Notes: a model not told the origin generated them from the sequence alone. A stretch of 64,000 nt of DNA from an uncultured Acidobacteriota bacterium (GCA_963827655.1 CAWHCF010000034.1:79225-143224); one strand, 5' to 3'; positions 32,721 through 43,369 are shown, counted from the first letter of the stretch. Numbers and translations: made by a program.

Positions 32721-32872
32721 CGGAGCGCGGGAAGGGCCTTTCTGTAGACGTAGTGGCTGTAGTGAACCAGCGGTATCAGATGTTCCTACGATCAATACAC
32801 CGTCGTCGAACACGTGACCAGGCTGTCGCCCAATCATTGAGTACCTGTTCCATACCAGAAGTTGCCATGACA

Positions 32873-33802
32873 TTACCGGATTTGTTGTTTTGCTAAAAAG
32901 CTCTGGATCAATTGGGCGATGTGGTCGTCTTCTTCTTCAAGCGCAAAGTGTCCGGTGTCGAGCAGGTGAAACTCAATATTCTTCAAATCGCGCTTGTACG
33001 GTTCCGCGCCTTCCGCAGGAAAAATGTGGTCGTTTTTGCCCCACACAATCAGCGTTGGCGGCTGGTGTTTGCGGAAATACGCCTGCCACTTCGGGTACAG
33101 CGCTGGGTTCGAGCCGTAATCAAGAAACAGCTTGAGTTGGATCTCCTGATTACCGGGACGGTCAAGCAGGGCTTGGTCAAGTGTCCATGTGTCGGGTGAA
33201 ATGCGGTTCGGATTGCGCGTGCCGTGCGTGTACTGCCACTTCGTCGCCTCGACTTTCAAGAAATCGCGCAGTTTATTGGCGTTTTCCTCGGTCGAATTTT
33301 CCCAGTAGTTTTTGAGCGGATTCCAAAAACCGCGCAAACCTTCCTCATAAGCGTTGCCATTTTGCACAATCAACGCCTGTACCCGTTCGGGATATTTCAC
33401 CGCGAGGCGATAACCGACAGGTGCGCCGTAGTCCTGTACATAGAGGCTATATTTTTTCAGTCCCTTGGCGATGGTAAATTTTTCAATGACGTCCGCCAAA
33501 TGGTCGAACGTGTAGCTAAACTCGCCCACACTCGGCGCGGAACTGTAACCGAAACCCGGATAGTCCGGCGTGACGACGTGATACTTGTCCGCCAAAAGCG
33601 GAATCAGATTGCGAAACATGTGCGACGAAGTTGGAAAGCCATGCAGCAAAAGAATTGTCGGCTTGTTCGGATCGCCCGCTTCGCGGTAAAAAATCTCCAG
33701 ATTGTCAATTTTCAACGTGTTGTAAATCACCTGGTGTTGGTTTGACAACGCAGGCACAGTTTGTGCTCTGGCGGCTAAACTGTCGTTATTTTTGTCTTTC
33801 AT
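32873..33802 (-). CDS. Alpha/beta hydrolase (epoxide hydrolase-like)
   Basis: LLHGFP, DYPGFG, QDYGA nucleophile Asp, TGHFALE. Confidence 0.9.
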   Translation of the reverse strand: MKDKNNDSLAARAQTVPALSNQHQVIYNTLKIDNLEIFYREAGDPNKPTILLLHGFPTSSHMFRNLIPLLADKYHVVTPDYPGFGYSSAPSVGEFSYTFDHLADVIEKFTIAKGLKKYSLYVQDYGAPVGYRLAVKYPERVQALIVQNGNAYEEGLRGFWNPLKNYWENSTEENANKLRDFLKVEATKWQYTHGTRNPNRISPDTWTLDQALLDRPGNQEIQLKLFLDYGSNPALYPKWQAYFRKHQPPTLIVWGKNDHIFPAEGAEPYKRDLKNIEFHLLDTGHFALEEEDDHIAQLIQSFLAKQQIR

Positions 33803-33883
33803 TTTCTCATCCTTCTCTTTCTTGTTCTGATTCGGAGCGTTACCCGATCGCGAAACGGCTACGCTGCGCGTGCGGCCGCCCCC

Positions 33884-34429
33884 TTACGCCGGCACTCCGA
33901 GTTGGACTTTCGGAAAGTCAATGTCGGTTTTGGCAATTACGTTGAAGTAGTTAGTGAAGATGTTGAGCGCGACGTTGGCGATGATTTCGCCGATCTCACC
34001 GTCGGAAAAACCGGCGCCCTTCACCGACTGTAAATCCGCGTCCGAAACTTCGCCGCGATTGACGATCACGGTGCGCGCGAATTTCAAAGCTGCGTCGGTT
34101 TTGGCGTCGGCGGCATTCCCGTTGCGCGCCGCCAGAATCGCGTCTTCGCCCAGACCGACCATCTTGCCGATTGCCGTGTGGGCCGAAGCGCAATAGTCGC
34201 AGCCGTTAATCTCCGCCGAGATGAGGGCGATCTGTTCGCGCAAGCGTGCGTTCAGTTTGCCGCCGCCGAGCGCACCGCTAAATTTCAGGTAGGCTTCCAG
34301 AACCGCGGGCGATTGCGCCATCGTTTTCATCATGTTCGGCGTCATGCCGAGCTGGGCTTTGACGGCGTCCAGCAACTCCTTCGCTTTCCCGGTTGACTGC
34401 TCGTAGCTGACGGGTTGAATTCTGGTCAT
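33884..34429 (-). CDS. AhpD/carboxymuconolactone decarboxylase-family peroxidase-related protein
   Basis: EQIAL..NGCDYCASAH CxxC motif. Confidence 0.9.
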   Translation of the reverse strand: MTRIQPVSYEQSTGKAKELLDAVKAQLGMTPNMMKTMAQSPAVLEAYLKFSGALGGGKLNARLREQIALISAEINGCDYCASAHTAIGKMVGLGEDAILAARNGNAADAKTDAALKFARTVIVNRGEVSDADLQSVKGAGFSDGEIGEIIANVALNIFTNYFNVIAKTDIDFPKVQLGVPA

Positions 34430-34478
34430 CGTTTCCTCCTTAGCTAATTTCGGCGTCTCGCGCCGCGCCTCCCCTTAG

Positions 34479-34494
34479 TGCACCGCTCGTGCCG
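34479..34494 (-). promoter_or_regulatory. Sigma54 -24/-12 promoter
   Basis: CGGCACGAGCGGTGCA (GG-N10-GC) upstream of the AhpD gene; ACGAA..TCGT dyads at ~34580-34615 are possible activator sites. Confidence 0.65.
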
Positions 34495-34626
34495 ATCAAG
34501 CTTAACTTGTTAAATCAATGACACGCAGCAACATAACGAAGAGAGGTATCAGCCGGTCAACTTGAAGAATCGTTATCTCACGAAATCTCGTTGCCTATGA
34601 TCACGAACACTCGTTAAGCTTGTCGC

Positions 34627-35691
34627 ATGACACCTGCCACAGATCATTTCTACGAAGAAGAAGGAGACGAAAGAGAGCCGGTCGAGGGGTTGATCGGCGA
34701 GAGCGCGGCCTGGCGCAAGGTCCTGCAGCAGATCGAGCTTGTCGCTTCCTCCAACGCGACCGTTTTAATTACGGGTGAATCGGGAACGGGCAAGGAAGTG
34801 GTGGCAAAGGCTATTCATGCCAAAGGTGCGCGCCGCCAACGTCCGCTTGTCAAAGTCAACTGTGCGGCAATCGCGCCAGACCTTTTCGAGTCGGAATTCT
34901 TCGGGCACGTAAAGGGCGCGTTTACCGGAGCGCACAAAGACCGTGTTGGCAGATTCGGACTTGCCGACGGCGGGACGATCTTTCTCGACGAAGTCGGCGA
35001 AATCCCGCTCGCCCTGCAGGGCAAACTGCTGCGCGTTTTGCAGGAAGGACAGTATGAGCGCGTCGGCGAAGACCGCACGCGAAAGGTCGATGTGCGCGTG
35101 ATCGGGGCGACGAATCACGACCTGGGAAAGGAAGTCGAAGCGGGCAGATTCAGGCAGGATCTATTTTACAGGCTGACCGTTTTTCCGATTCATGTGGCGC
35201 CTCTTCGCGAGCGGTTGGAGGATGTGCCGCTGCTGGCTGAACATTTCATGCGAAAGCTGAATTGGCGCGACCGAAGTAACCTGCCAGTGCGTTTAAGCGA
35301 GGAGAACGTGAGCGCTCTGCTTGATTATCACTATCCAGGGAACGTCCGCGAGCTCCAAAATATCATCGAGCGAGCCGGCATTCTGACGCATTGTTTCCTG
35401 TATAACCTAAGTGTGCAGCAGATTCTCGACGCGATGTTGCTCTCTGAACAGAGGAAACAGCTTGACTTGGCTGTCAAAGAACCTTTGATCGCCAATGGTC
35501 GTTCGCAGAAAAAAATCATGACATATGCGGAAATGAAAGACTTGGAACGTCAAAACTTGATCGGCGCTTTACAGGCTACGAATTACAAAATTTATGGCGC
35601 TGGCGGGGCCGCCGAGCTTCTCGGCGTTAAGCCGACGACGCTCGCCTCGCGCATCAAGGCTTTGCAAATCCCGCTTCGCCCGAGCACATAA
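34627..35691 (+). CDS. Sigma54-dependent activator (AAA+ and HTH, no N-terminal sensory domain)
   Basis: [34 protein letters not shown]. Confidence 0.92.
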   Translation: MTPATDHFYEEEGDEREPVEGLIGESAAWRKVLQQIELVASSNATVLITGESGTGKEVVAKAIHAKGARRQRPLVKVNCAAIAPDLFESEFFGHVKGAFTGAHKDRVGRFGLADGGTIFLDEVGEIPLALQGKLLRVLQEGQYERVGEDRTRKVDVRVIGATNHDLGKEVEAGRFRQDLFYRLTVFPIHVAPLRERLEDVPLLAEHFMRKLNWRDRSNLPVRLSEENVSALLDYHYPGNVRELQNIIERAGILTHCFLYNLSVQQILDAMLLSEQRKQLDLAVKEPLIANGRSQKKIMTYAEMKDLERQNLIGALQATNYKIYGAGGAAELLGVKPTTLASRIKALQIPLRPST

Positions 35692-35726
35692 ACCGGGGTG
35701 GCATTGAGCGATTAACACCACTGGCG

Positions 35727-35780
35727 GCAGAACCCCGCCTTGCACTCGACTCGCCTCCGCTGGCGCCCGGCGAGCGGGTG
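35727..35780 (+). other. Truncated attC-like site
   Basis: GCAGAAC-CCCGCCTTGCACTCGACTCGCC..GGCGAGCGGGTG, cut off at GTGGATAAG before any GTT core. Confidence 0.45.
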
Positions 35781-35904
35781 GTGGATAAGCCTATCTCAGG
35801 CGGAACGAGCGCACAGCGCGGCGTTGGGAAAAAACAGAGGGATTGCCGGTTTACCGGCACGCCCACGCGAAGCGAAGGCTTCTATCTCCGCCAGCTAAAT
35901 CCGG

Positions 35905-37139
35905 AAATTATCTCGCTCCATCCTTATCCCCCAGCGGGCGTTACCTCGCTTTTGTGCAAAGAACCGATTTCGTGGTGAGTGAAATCTATCTCAGCACTCT
36001 GCAGCCCGATTTCACACCGGAGGGCGAACCGAAAAGGATCACCTACGAGAACCGGCTGACGACCAGTCCTGTAATGGGCTGTTGATGGGCGTGAAATCAT
36101 GTTCCTGTCCGGCGAGCTTGGTGCGGACGCCGCCCTCTATAGCGTATCAATCTCAGGAGTTGGGAAGCCCAACGTGTTGCCGTTTCTCCGAGAAGGTGCT
36201 GCCCTCCTTGCGCTGGCTCGACCTGCCGGGGGTCCGTTCCCGCCCGGGCCGCGACGCCTCGCCTACACGCGCGCGATCAAGGATCACAACATATGGCGCA
36301 CCGACGCATACCGCGCGGACGGTCGGTTCAGTGCGCCACGCCCTTTCATCCCCTCCACGCGCATCGATTTCAATCCGCAACTGTCACCGGATGGTACGAG
36401 AATCGCCTTCGAATCGAGCCGCTCGGGCAGCACGGAGATCTGGGTTGCCAATAGCGACGGTTCAAATCCCATGCAAGTGACCTATGTCGGTGGTCCGCTG
36501 ACCTCAGCCGCCCGCTGGTGTCCGGATAGCCAGTGCATCGTCTTTAACTCACGTGCAGGAGGGCAGTCCGACATCTACGTCGTCAGCGCCAACGGGGGCA
36601 AGCCGCGGCGGTTGACGGATGAGCCCAGTATGGAGGACATGCCAAGCTTTTCGAGAGACGGGCATTGGTTCTATTTCCAATCAAACCGCAGCGGGAGCAA
36701 CCAGGTTTGGAAAATGCCTGTGCAGGGAGGCAAGCTAATCCAGGTAACAAACAAAGGAGGGCTCCTTGCAGTGGAGTCACCCGACCGTAAGTTTGTCTAC
36801 TATTCGAAGGGTAATGCGCTCGGACCCGCCTCCCTCTGGAGAGTTCCGTTGTCCGGAGCTGGCCCCGGCGGCGATGAGACTCAAGTTTTGGAATCTCTTG
36901 CTGACTGGAGCACATTCTCGGTCGTTCGTGATGGAATTTACTTCATCCCGTACGCAGCGGGTAACCTGAGAACCTCCATTCAGTTCTTTGGCTTCGCTGA
37001 CAAGAAGACCAGGCAGGTAACCGCCATTGACAAGCCGGTTGCTGTGGGTCTTGCGGTTTCGCCGAATAGTCGCACCATTTTGTACAGTCAGGTTGACTAC
37101 GAAACTAACGACCTGATGCTCGTTGAGAATTTGCGGTAG
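35905..37139 (+). pseudogene. PD40/TolB-like propeller fragment (5' truncated, frameshifted)
   Basis: PQLSPDG.RIAF.S.RSG..EIWV repeats; frames 35843.. and 36099.. join. Confidence 0.75.
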
Positions 37140-37322
37140 TCCGGCCGCGCCCCGCTAGCATGGTGGCGGCACAGCGTTGGCAAAGTGTTGCGGCGGCCAG
37201 AATGTCTTTCAGTTGATACTGGCCGCTTCGTCTCTTTTCGATTTCTGCGTGTCGACTTGCTCCGATGACAATGGTTGCCAGACGGCCCACGTGATAGAAT
37301 GAGCCATTCTAAAGGAGTCCTG

Positions 37323-37709
37323 ATGCCCCCTACGCTCGCGAACGGCAAGGTGTGCTACATCGAGATCCCCGCTGACGACATCCAGCGTTCGGCCGACTTC
37401 TATGCCAGGGTTTTCGGCTGGCGGATCAGGCAGCGCGGCGACGGTCACACCGCATTCGACGACACGACCGGCGAAGTGAGCGGCACGTGGGTGGTCGGCA
37501 GGCCGGCGTCGTCGGAACCGGGCCTGCTCGTCTACATCATGGTCGACAGCGTGGCCGCGACCATAGACGCCGTAATTAGCCACGGAGGCGAACTCGTGCA
37601 ACCGATTGGCGCGGATGCGCCCGAGGTGACCGCCAGGTTCCTCGACCCCGCTGGAAACGTGATCGGCCTCTACCAGGAACCCGGCCGTTTGCCCTCTTCC
37701 GAGAAGTAA
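37323..37709 (+). CDS. VOC/glyoxalase family protein
   Basis: CYIEIPA..FY..VFGW, DPAGNVIGL; RBS AAGGAG. Confidence 0.88.
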   Translation: MPPTLANGKVCYIEIPADDIQRSADFYARVFGWRIRQRGDGHTAFDDTTGEVSGTWVVGRPASSEPGLLVYIMVDSVAATIDAVISHGGELVQPIGADAPEVTARFLDPAGNVIGLYQEPGRLPSSEK

Positions 37710-38142
37710 TACAATCCCCTCGTCGCGCGGCGCGGCCATGTCTTTCTCCATGTGCGCCGGGTAAAACCGGCGAGGGTCGCGCTAGCAGCGCCTCACGGGT
37801 ATAGAGCGACAGGTTCGGCATCGCGTTCGGCATGAAGCACTAGAGGAGGTAAGACGCGAATGCCAGAACCGCGCCGCGGGGCCTATTCGATGACCGCCCT
37901 CCGCTACGAGTATTCCATGGCCCCTGCCGGCTTCAACCAAACGACGAGAATGCGGTTGAGAATGCGATGGAAACGCAGCCGGGGCTGACGTCCTCGCGAC
38001 CGAACACGACCTGAAAGCTCTTGCGGATTGAGTCGTAGGCCGTGCGCGACAGCAGGCCCAGCAACCTTCGGACTCCACGCGCAGATCCCTAGCCCGGAAA
38101 CGACTTGGCTGCAAGCGCGTCGGGCCAGAACTGCTCGAAACG

Positions 38143-38349
38143 TCATTTCGTTATCGGCGCCGCGGCAATGTTCTTGTTAACGATGTCAATCGTCTGCTGG
38201 TACTCCTTCTTTGGACTGAACTCAAGAACCTCGGTGTCCTCCTCATAGACGGGCACGTGTCCAGGTTCGAGGTAATAGACGTCTCCAGTTTTCAACACAA
38301 CATCGCCATCCGCGCTCTTGATGCGCACTCGGCCCCTGAATACATAACG
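38143..38349 (-). pseudogene. Cupin-like protein, C-terminal fragment
   Basis: YVFRGRVRI..GDVYYLEPGHVP..EFSP. Confidence 0.6.
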
Positions 38350-38372
38350 GTACTGTCGAACCGTCTCCGTCA

Positions 38373-38444
38373 GTGGATAAGAGAAACAAGCGTCATTTCA
38401 GCTCGAGTCGGGGCAACTCAGGTTCTGAGAACGGGCTTTATGTT
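38373..38444 (-). mobile_element. IS91-family oriIS module, partial copy 4
   Basis: First ~72 bp of the repeat, with one T missing. Confidence 0.75.
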
Positions 38445-38562
38445 CGAGGTTCAAGAACTGGGTTGGTACTCTCGATCGCGTCGTCAATCCTCATCGCCAC
38501 ACAAAGCCGAGTCGTTAGCCGACGCGGGAACGGAGCTAAGTCTCAAAGCATGTGCTAGAAAA

Positions 38563-38692
38563 ATTAGGACAAAATGATTGTTCTGTCCTAAATCCTAGGG
38601 ATGGACCTTCGAACGGTCAAGAGAGCTGATCTGATCACGTTAGACAGAACAGTGATATCGTATTATACGGAACTGTCTAATTCCTGTTAGCC
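38563..38692 (+). other. attI-like or degenerate recombination site ahead of a cassette
   Basis: Dyads TTAGGACA..TGTCCTAA and TTAGACAG..CTGTCTAA, followed by the core GTTAGCC at 38686. Confidence 0.5.
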
Positions 38693-38716
38693 GGACACAA
38701 ATCGGCCGAGAACCGA

Positions 38717-39562
38717 ATGGAAGAGGGCTCTCCAGTTATCACCGGTGCGACGGGTCAGGTCGGACGAGTGACAATTGACGCGCTTGTCCGCCGAGGCATC
38801 AGACCCACAGCCCTCATCCGCGGAACCGCACAACTCAAGGGCTGTGTCACAATCTCCGACTGGCTAGTCTCTGACAGAGCCGTCGCGGCAATCGAGCGTG
38901 CACCGACGGTCGTGCATCTCGCCGGTACTCTGAATCCCGCTGACCGTGATTACGAGCAGGCGAATATCCTTCCGACCCAGAGGGTTGCCAGCGCGGTGAG
39001 TCCGGTTCGGACCCGCAGTCTGGTCTTCTTGAGCTATGTCGGCGCCTCCGAGCAATCAGCGAATCGCTATCTGGCCACAAAGGCGCGCGCCGAGCGTTTG
39101 CTTCGGGAAACCGGCGTGCCTCTGACAGTGATCCGGTGCACTCACATCATTGGCTCTCCAAGTAGCCCAGGCCCGACTGCGGCCAGCCTTCTCGCCAAGG
39201 GCAAAAACTCGGTCACGGTCTTGGGCAACGGCAAACAGCGGGTGGCTCCCGTCTACCTTGGTGACGTCGTGGCAGCGATAGAGGCCGCTATCATCTCGGG
39301 GCAGGCTGGCACGTTCGACCTACAGGGCCCTGAAGAAATGACCCTTGACGACCTCGTTCGTCGACTGAATGGGCCGGCCAAGGTGTCCATCGCTCACGTG
39401 CCCGCCGTGTTGGCCCGTGTGCTCCGGTTCGTAGGCCCGAAATTACCGGGGCCGCTGATAGATGTCATGCTGAGTGATTGCCGCAGCGAGCACCCGACAG
39501 CACACTCGGTGTTCGGGTTTTCGCTAACGTCTTTGGATCGTGTGTGGTCGCGGGCCGGCTAA
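38717..39562 (+). CDS. NAD(P)-binding atypical SDR / epimerase-like protein carried as an integron cassette
   Basis: ITGATGQVG, VHLAG, YLATK; flanked by GTTAGCCGG and CCGGCTAAC. Confidence 0.85.
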   Translation: MEEGSPVITGATGQVGRVTIDALVRRGIRPTALIRGTAQLKGCVTISDWLVSDRAVAAIERAPTVVHLAGTLNPADRDYEQANILPTQRVASAVSPVRTRSLVFLSYVGASEQSANRYLATKARAERLLRETGVPLTVIRCTHIIGSPSSPGPTAASLLAKGKNSVTVLGNGKQRVAPVYLGDVVAAIEAAIISGQAGTFDLQGPEEMTLDDLVRRLNGPAKVSIAHVPAVLARVLRFVGPKLPGPLIDVMLSDCRSEHPTAHSVFGFSLTSLDRVWSRAG

Positions 39563-39612
39563 CGAATAAAGGATTTTTGTCGCGCTTGCCGCGACAAGAT
39601 CCTGGGTTGGAC
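39557..39612 (+). other. Integron attC site
   Basis: GGCTAAC..AGGATTTTTGTCGCG-loop-CGCGACAAGATCCT..GTTGGAC; inverse core overlaps the stop codon. Confidence 0.75.
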
Positions 39613-39944
39613 TAAATCCGAAAGCTTGATATTGGAGATCGGATGCGTTTTGGCTCTGGCTTGTTAGCTTGGAATCGCCTGAGTTGCGAGGGTGGCTCTG
39701 GTGAGATCGGGCGTCAGGCGTTGTGCAGGGTATGGAAAAATCGTTCTCTGGGCAAAGCTATGCCTGACTGTGCAGGCGTGGGTAAGCAGGACGGGAAAGA
39801 AAAACGGCGATGGGCGTAGCGTTATCATGGGGGAACCTTGCGCTGGGGATATACGGGTTCAATCGGAATCAGCTGCCCGATCCTGCAATAGGGACAACGA
39901 TCCAGCGGGCAAACGGGCGCACCGAGGCTGCACGGGGAACTACT

Positions 39945-40624
39945 GAAGCTCGGAATCGAGGTATCGCAGGCAACGGTTGCCAAGTACATGGTGAAGCACC
40001 GCAAGCCGCCGTCGCAGACGTGGCGGACGTTTCTGGAGAACCACGTAAAGCAGTTGGTATCGGTGGACTTCTTCGTGGTGCCGACTTTGAGTTTCCGAAT
40101 CCTGTATGTGTTCCTCGTTCTGGCTCATGAACGCAGACGGGTGGTGCATTTCAACGTGACCGAACAGCCGACTGCAGAGTGGGCGGCGGCGCAGTTGAAG
40201 CAGGCATTCCCGTGGGACACGGCGCCGAGCTACATACTTCGGGACCGTGATCGAGTCTATGGCAAGACTTTCCGGACATTGGCAGCCGACATGCAGATCA
40301 CGGAAGTGCTCACGGCTGCCCGATCTCCCTGGCAGTTCCGTCTGGACAGTCCTTCGCAAGCGGAAGATGCCGGATCTGGGCCGGATTGTCGCCGTGCCGA
40401 AAGTCGGCGGGCTTCACCATCGATACGAACGCCGAGCCGCATAAACTCTCTACCTTCGGTGACCTTGGACCAGCGGGAGAATTCAGCTGGCTTGGGGCTG
40501 CATGGAAGCGAACGAGCTCCGGGACATTGGTCTCCTGACAAGGTATTCCCCTGGCTCATTGTAGGCTCTTCCACCTCCCACAGCGGCTCAGTTTGATCCG
40601 GACCGAGTTTTTAGTAACGACAGG
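39945..40624 (+). mobile_element. IS remnant with integrase-core (rve) transposase, internally deleted
   Basis: SQTWRTFL.NH..DFFVVPT..RDRD and C-terminal GGLHHRYERRAA*. Confidence 0.8.
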
Positions 40625-40647
40625 CCATCGAATCGGATCACTCGGAA

Positions 40648-41523
40648 TCAGCGTAAACCGGCTGAGGTGTTTCGGAAGGCGGCAGCGTGCTCGGCCGCCC
40701 AGGCCGCGAAGGTAAGTGCGGAGCGACCCAAGATCTGCTCAACGGTGTGCGAGGACGGGCCAGGTTGTTTGGCGTAGTCGGCCAGCGAGCCGAGCATCCG
40801 ATCGGGGACATCCTCGGGGACGCCCTGCGCGATCAGAGCGTCGCGGATCTGTTGCGGAGGAACGTCCTGCCAAGAGAGTTCTTTTCCGATGGCTTCGCCG
40901 ATGAGACGGACCTTGTCGCGCTGAGTAAGCGACTGCGGGCCGGTAAGTAGATAAGCCTGACCGGCGTGTTCCGCCTTCCGTAAGGCCCGTACGGCAACCG
41001 CGGCGACGTCCCGCTCGTGGATCGTCGATGTCGCCGCCTGGCCGTAAGCGCCCCGTACGACGCCGCTCGCGCGAATCTGCGGCGCCCAGGCGAGGGCATT
41101 GGAGGCATAGTCAACGGACCGCAGGATGGTCCATTGCAGGCCAGACGCTTTGACGGCGTCCTCGACCGCCCTGAAGGCATCGGCGAAGCGCCGATAGCCG
41201 GCAGGGTACTCCACAGTCGCTGCCGAGAGCGCGACGACCCGCTTGACGCCCTGGTCGGCCGCAAACGCCAGCAATTCGGCGGTGGCGACTCCGGCCGTGG
41301 CGTCTCCAAGGGCGCGGGGACTGACCAAGACTGAGTCGACGCCGCGCAGTGCCGAGATCAGCGTCGATGGGCGGGAGGGGTCGCCGCTCACCACGTGGGC
41401 GTCGCTGGGCAGCGCGGCGGTGGCTGGATTGCGAGTCACCGCAGCCACCGTTTCACCGTCCTCTAGCAACAGCTTCACCACCTCTCGCCCAACGTTTCCA
41501 GTTGCTCCGGTAATCAAGATCAT
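40648..41523 (-). CDS. NmrA-like NAD(P)H-binding protein
   Basis: ITGATGNVG, IHERDVAAVA, LTGP. Confidence 0.88.
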   Translation of the reverse strand: MILITGATGNVGREVVKLLLEDGETVAAVTRNPATAALPSDAHVVSGDPSRPSTLISALRGVDSVLVSPRALGDATAGVATAELLAFAADQGVKRVVALSAATVEYPAGYRRFADAFRAVEDAVKASGLQWTILRSVDYASNALAWAPQIRASGVVRGAYGQAATSTIHERDVAAVAVRALRKAEHAGQAYLLTGPQSLTQRDKVRLIGEAIGKELSWQDVPPQQIRDALIAQGVPEDVPDRMLGSLADYAKQPGPSSHTVEQILGRSALTFAAWAAEHAAAFRNTSAGLR

Positions 41524-41603
41524 GGTCGCCCCCGCTCGCTTGGTCAGATATTTTGAAGCTGTAGATCAGAACTCACGTCAGTCCCATTGGTCGAGTTCGC
41601 CCA

Positions 41604-42794
41604 TCACCCACTTTTTTGCGCTGCTCGTAGGTCACGCTCGTCGAGTTCGGCAATCTTGCGCGCCAGCGCATGGGTGAGGAACGGCAGGTGCCCTGCGACG
41701 TTAATCGCGGCATTACGCAGCGTCCGCGCTGTGGGCGAACGGAGGGTCGCTATGCGCGTCAGATAATCAGTGAGCGCGACCACGTCCTTCGCAATATGGT
41801 GTCGATCGGACGCCCACGCATCGAGTTGTGCGGCGTCCTCTGCGCCACCCATCGCCCCGAAGATGTCCGCGAGCGACATTGCATCCTGAATGCCCGTGTT
41901 CATGCCTTGGCCGCCGGCCGGACTGTGCACATGGGCCGCGTCCCCGCAAAGCAAGATCGGCCCCTTGTGCGCGCGTTCCGCGACCCGATGGTGCACGCGG
42001 AACCGGGAGGTCCAGACGCTGCCCAGAATATGGGCGCGCGTGGCCTGCGGACCACGCGCGTCGAGCAGCGCCTGAACGTACGCCACCGACGGTTGCTCCG
42101 GTGCATCGTCGCCAGTGGCGACGATGCGATACCGGTTCTCGGGCAGCGGCGCCACGACGACCAGTCCGTCAGGTGAGAAGAACAGGCTGACCTCGTCGCG
42201 CGAAAGCGGCCAATCCATGTCGACGTCGGACAGCACGAAGTCCTGGTCGTATGCCGCACCTGAGAACGCGATCCCGGCGTCGTCGCGCACGCGGCTGTGC
42301 ATGCCATCGCAGCCCACTACCCAGCGAGCGGTCACGACGCGTGTGACGCCGTTCAGGAGGATGTCGACCTCCACGAGGTCCTGTCCGACACGCACAGCGG
42401 TCGCTTCGGCCGGGCGCACCACATCGCCGCCCAGCGCCTGAAGCCTCGCCAGGAGGATCGCCTCAGTACGATTCTGGGGACACATCAGCGTGAAGGCGTA
42501 CGCACTGGGTAGGTCCCTGAAGTCGAGCGTCATCAGCGTTCGGTCAGAATCGCGGACGCGGAAGATGGGAACCTTCACACCCGCCTCCAGCATCGTAGGA
42601 ACGACGCCAAGCGGCTCCAGGACTTCGAGTGTGCGCGCATGCACGACGGCGGCGCGGGAGGTGTTGGCGCCCTCGGCGATCTTGTCGATCGTAAGCGCCT
42701 CAACACCGCGACGTCGAAGTTCGGCGGAGAGCGCTAGGCCGGTTGGACCGGCGCCAATAATGAGGATCTCGGCGTGTAACGGAAGGCTTCGCAC
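41604..42794 (-). CDS. FAD-dependent aromatic monooxygenase
   Basis: GAGPTG, GCDGMHS, GDAAHVHSPAGGQGMNTG. Confidence 0.9.
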   Translation of the reverse strand: MRSLPLHAEILIIGAGPTGLALSAELRRRGVEALTIDKIAEGANTSRAAVVHARTLEVLEPLGVVPTMLEAGVKVPIFRVRDSDRTLMTLDFRDLPSAYAFTLMCPQNRTEAILLARLQALGGDVVRPAEATAVRVGQDLVEVDILLNGVTRVVTARWVVGCDGMHSRVRDDAGIAFSGAAYDQDFVLSDVDMDWPLSRDEVSLFFSPDGLVVVAPLPENRYRIVATGDDAPEQPSVAYVQALLDARGPQATRAHILGSVWTSRFRVHHRVAERAHKGPILLCGDAAHVHSPAGGQGMNTGIQDAMSLADIFGAMGGAEDAAQLDAWASDRHHIAKDVVALTDYLTRIATLRSPTARTLRNAAINVAGHLPFLTHALARKIAELDERDLRAAQKSG

Positions 42795-43139
42795 ATCTGC
42801 CTCACAACGAGAAGGGTGGAATCCATGCCAAAAACCGGCGGCTCAGGCACGATCGCGCGCGCGACAACAAAAGTGCCTCGGAACGTATCTTTGCAGCTTT
42901 CAGTGTCCGCCACGTCGCTCTAGGCAACCTGAACGCACCTCCTTGAGGTTGTTGCGCAGGCTCACCTTGAAATCGCATCGCCGCCTGCGGGCCCGGCGCT
43001 GTGAACAAACAGAATCTGTTTCTCCCCTGTCATGGTTGTTGATCTCTCAACTGCCGGAGTACGCGCATCCGGGAAGGCCTTCGGCACCTGCGACGCTGTT
43101 TCGACGCGTGAGGCGTTCGTCACTCCCGCCGCCGGTACG

Positions 43140-43290
43140 TGGGCGGCGTGAGGCCATTGTGGTTGGTCAGGCGCCCGCCGGCCGGTAGGTGCAGATCACC
43201 AGTATCCGTCGGGTGCAAAGGCAGCACCCTCCAAATCATCGGCGACGCCGCACACGCGGTCTCTCCCTCGTCTGGACAGGGCGCGTCGCG
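43140..43290 (+). pseudogene. FAD monooxygenase fragment
   Basis: IIGDAAHAVSPSSGQGAS with no surrounding ORF. Confidence 0.5.
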
Positions 43291-43369
43291 GGATCGTTCG
43301 CCGCACGCCATAAATAGATCGGTCTCGGCCTTCGCGGGTACAGGCGGTTCCGCGATAAGGAATAGTGTC

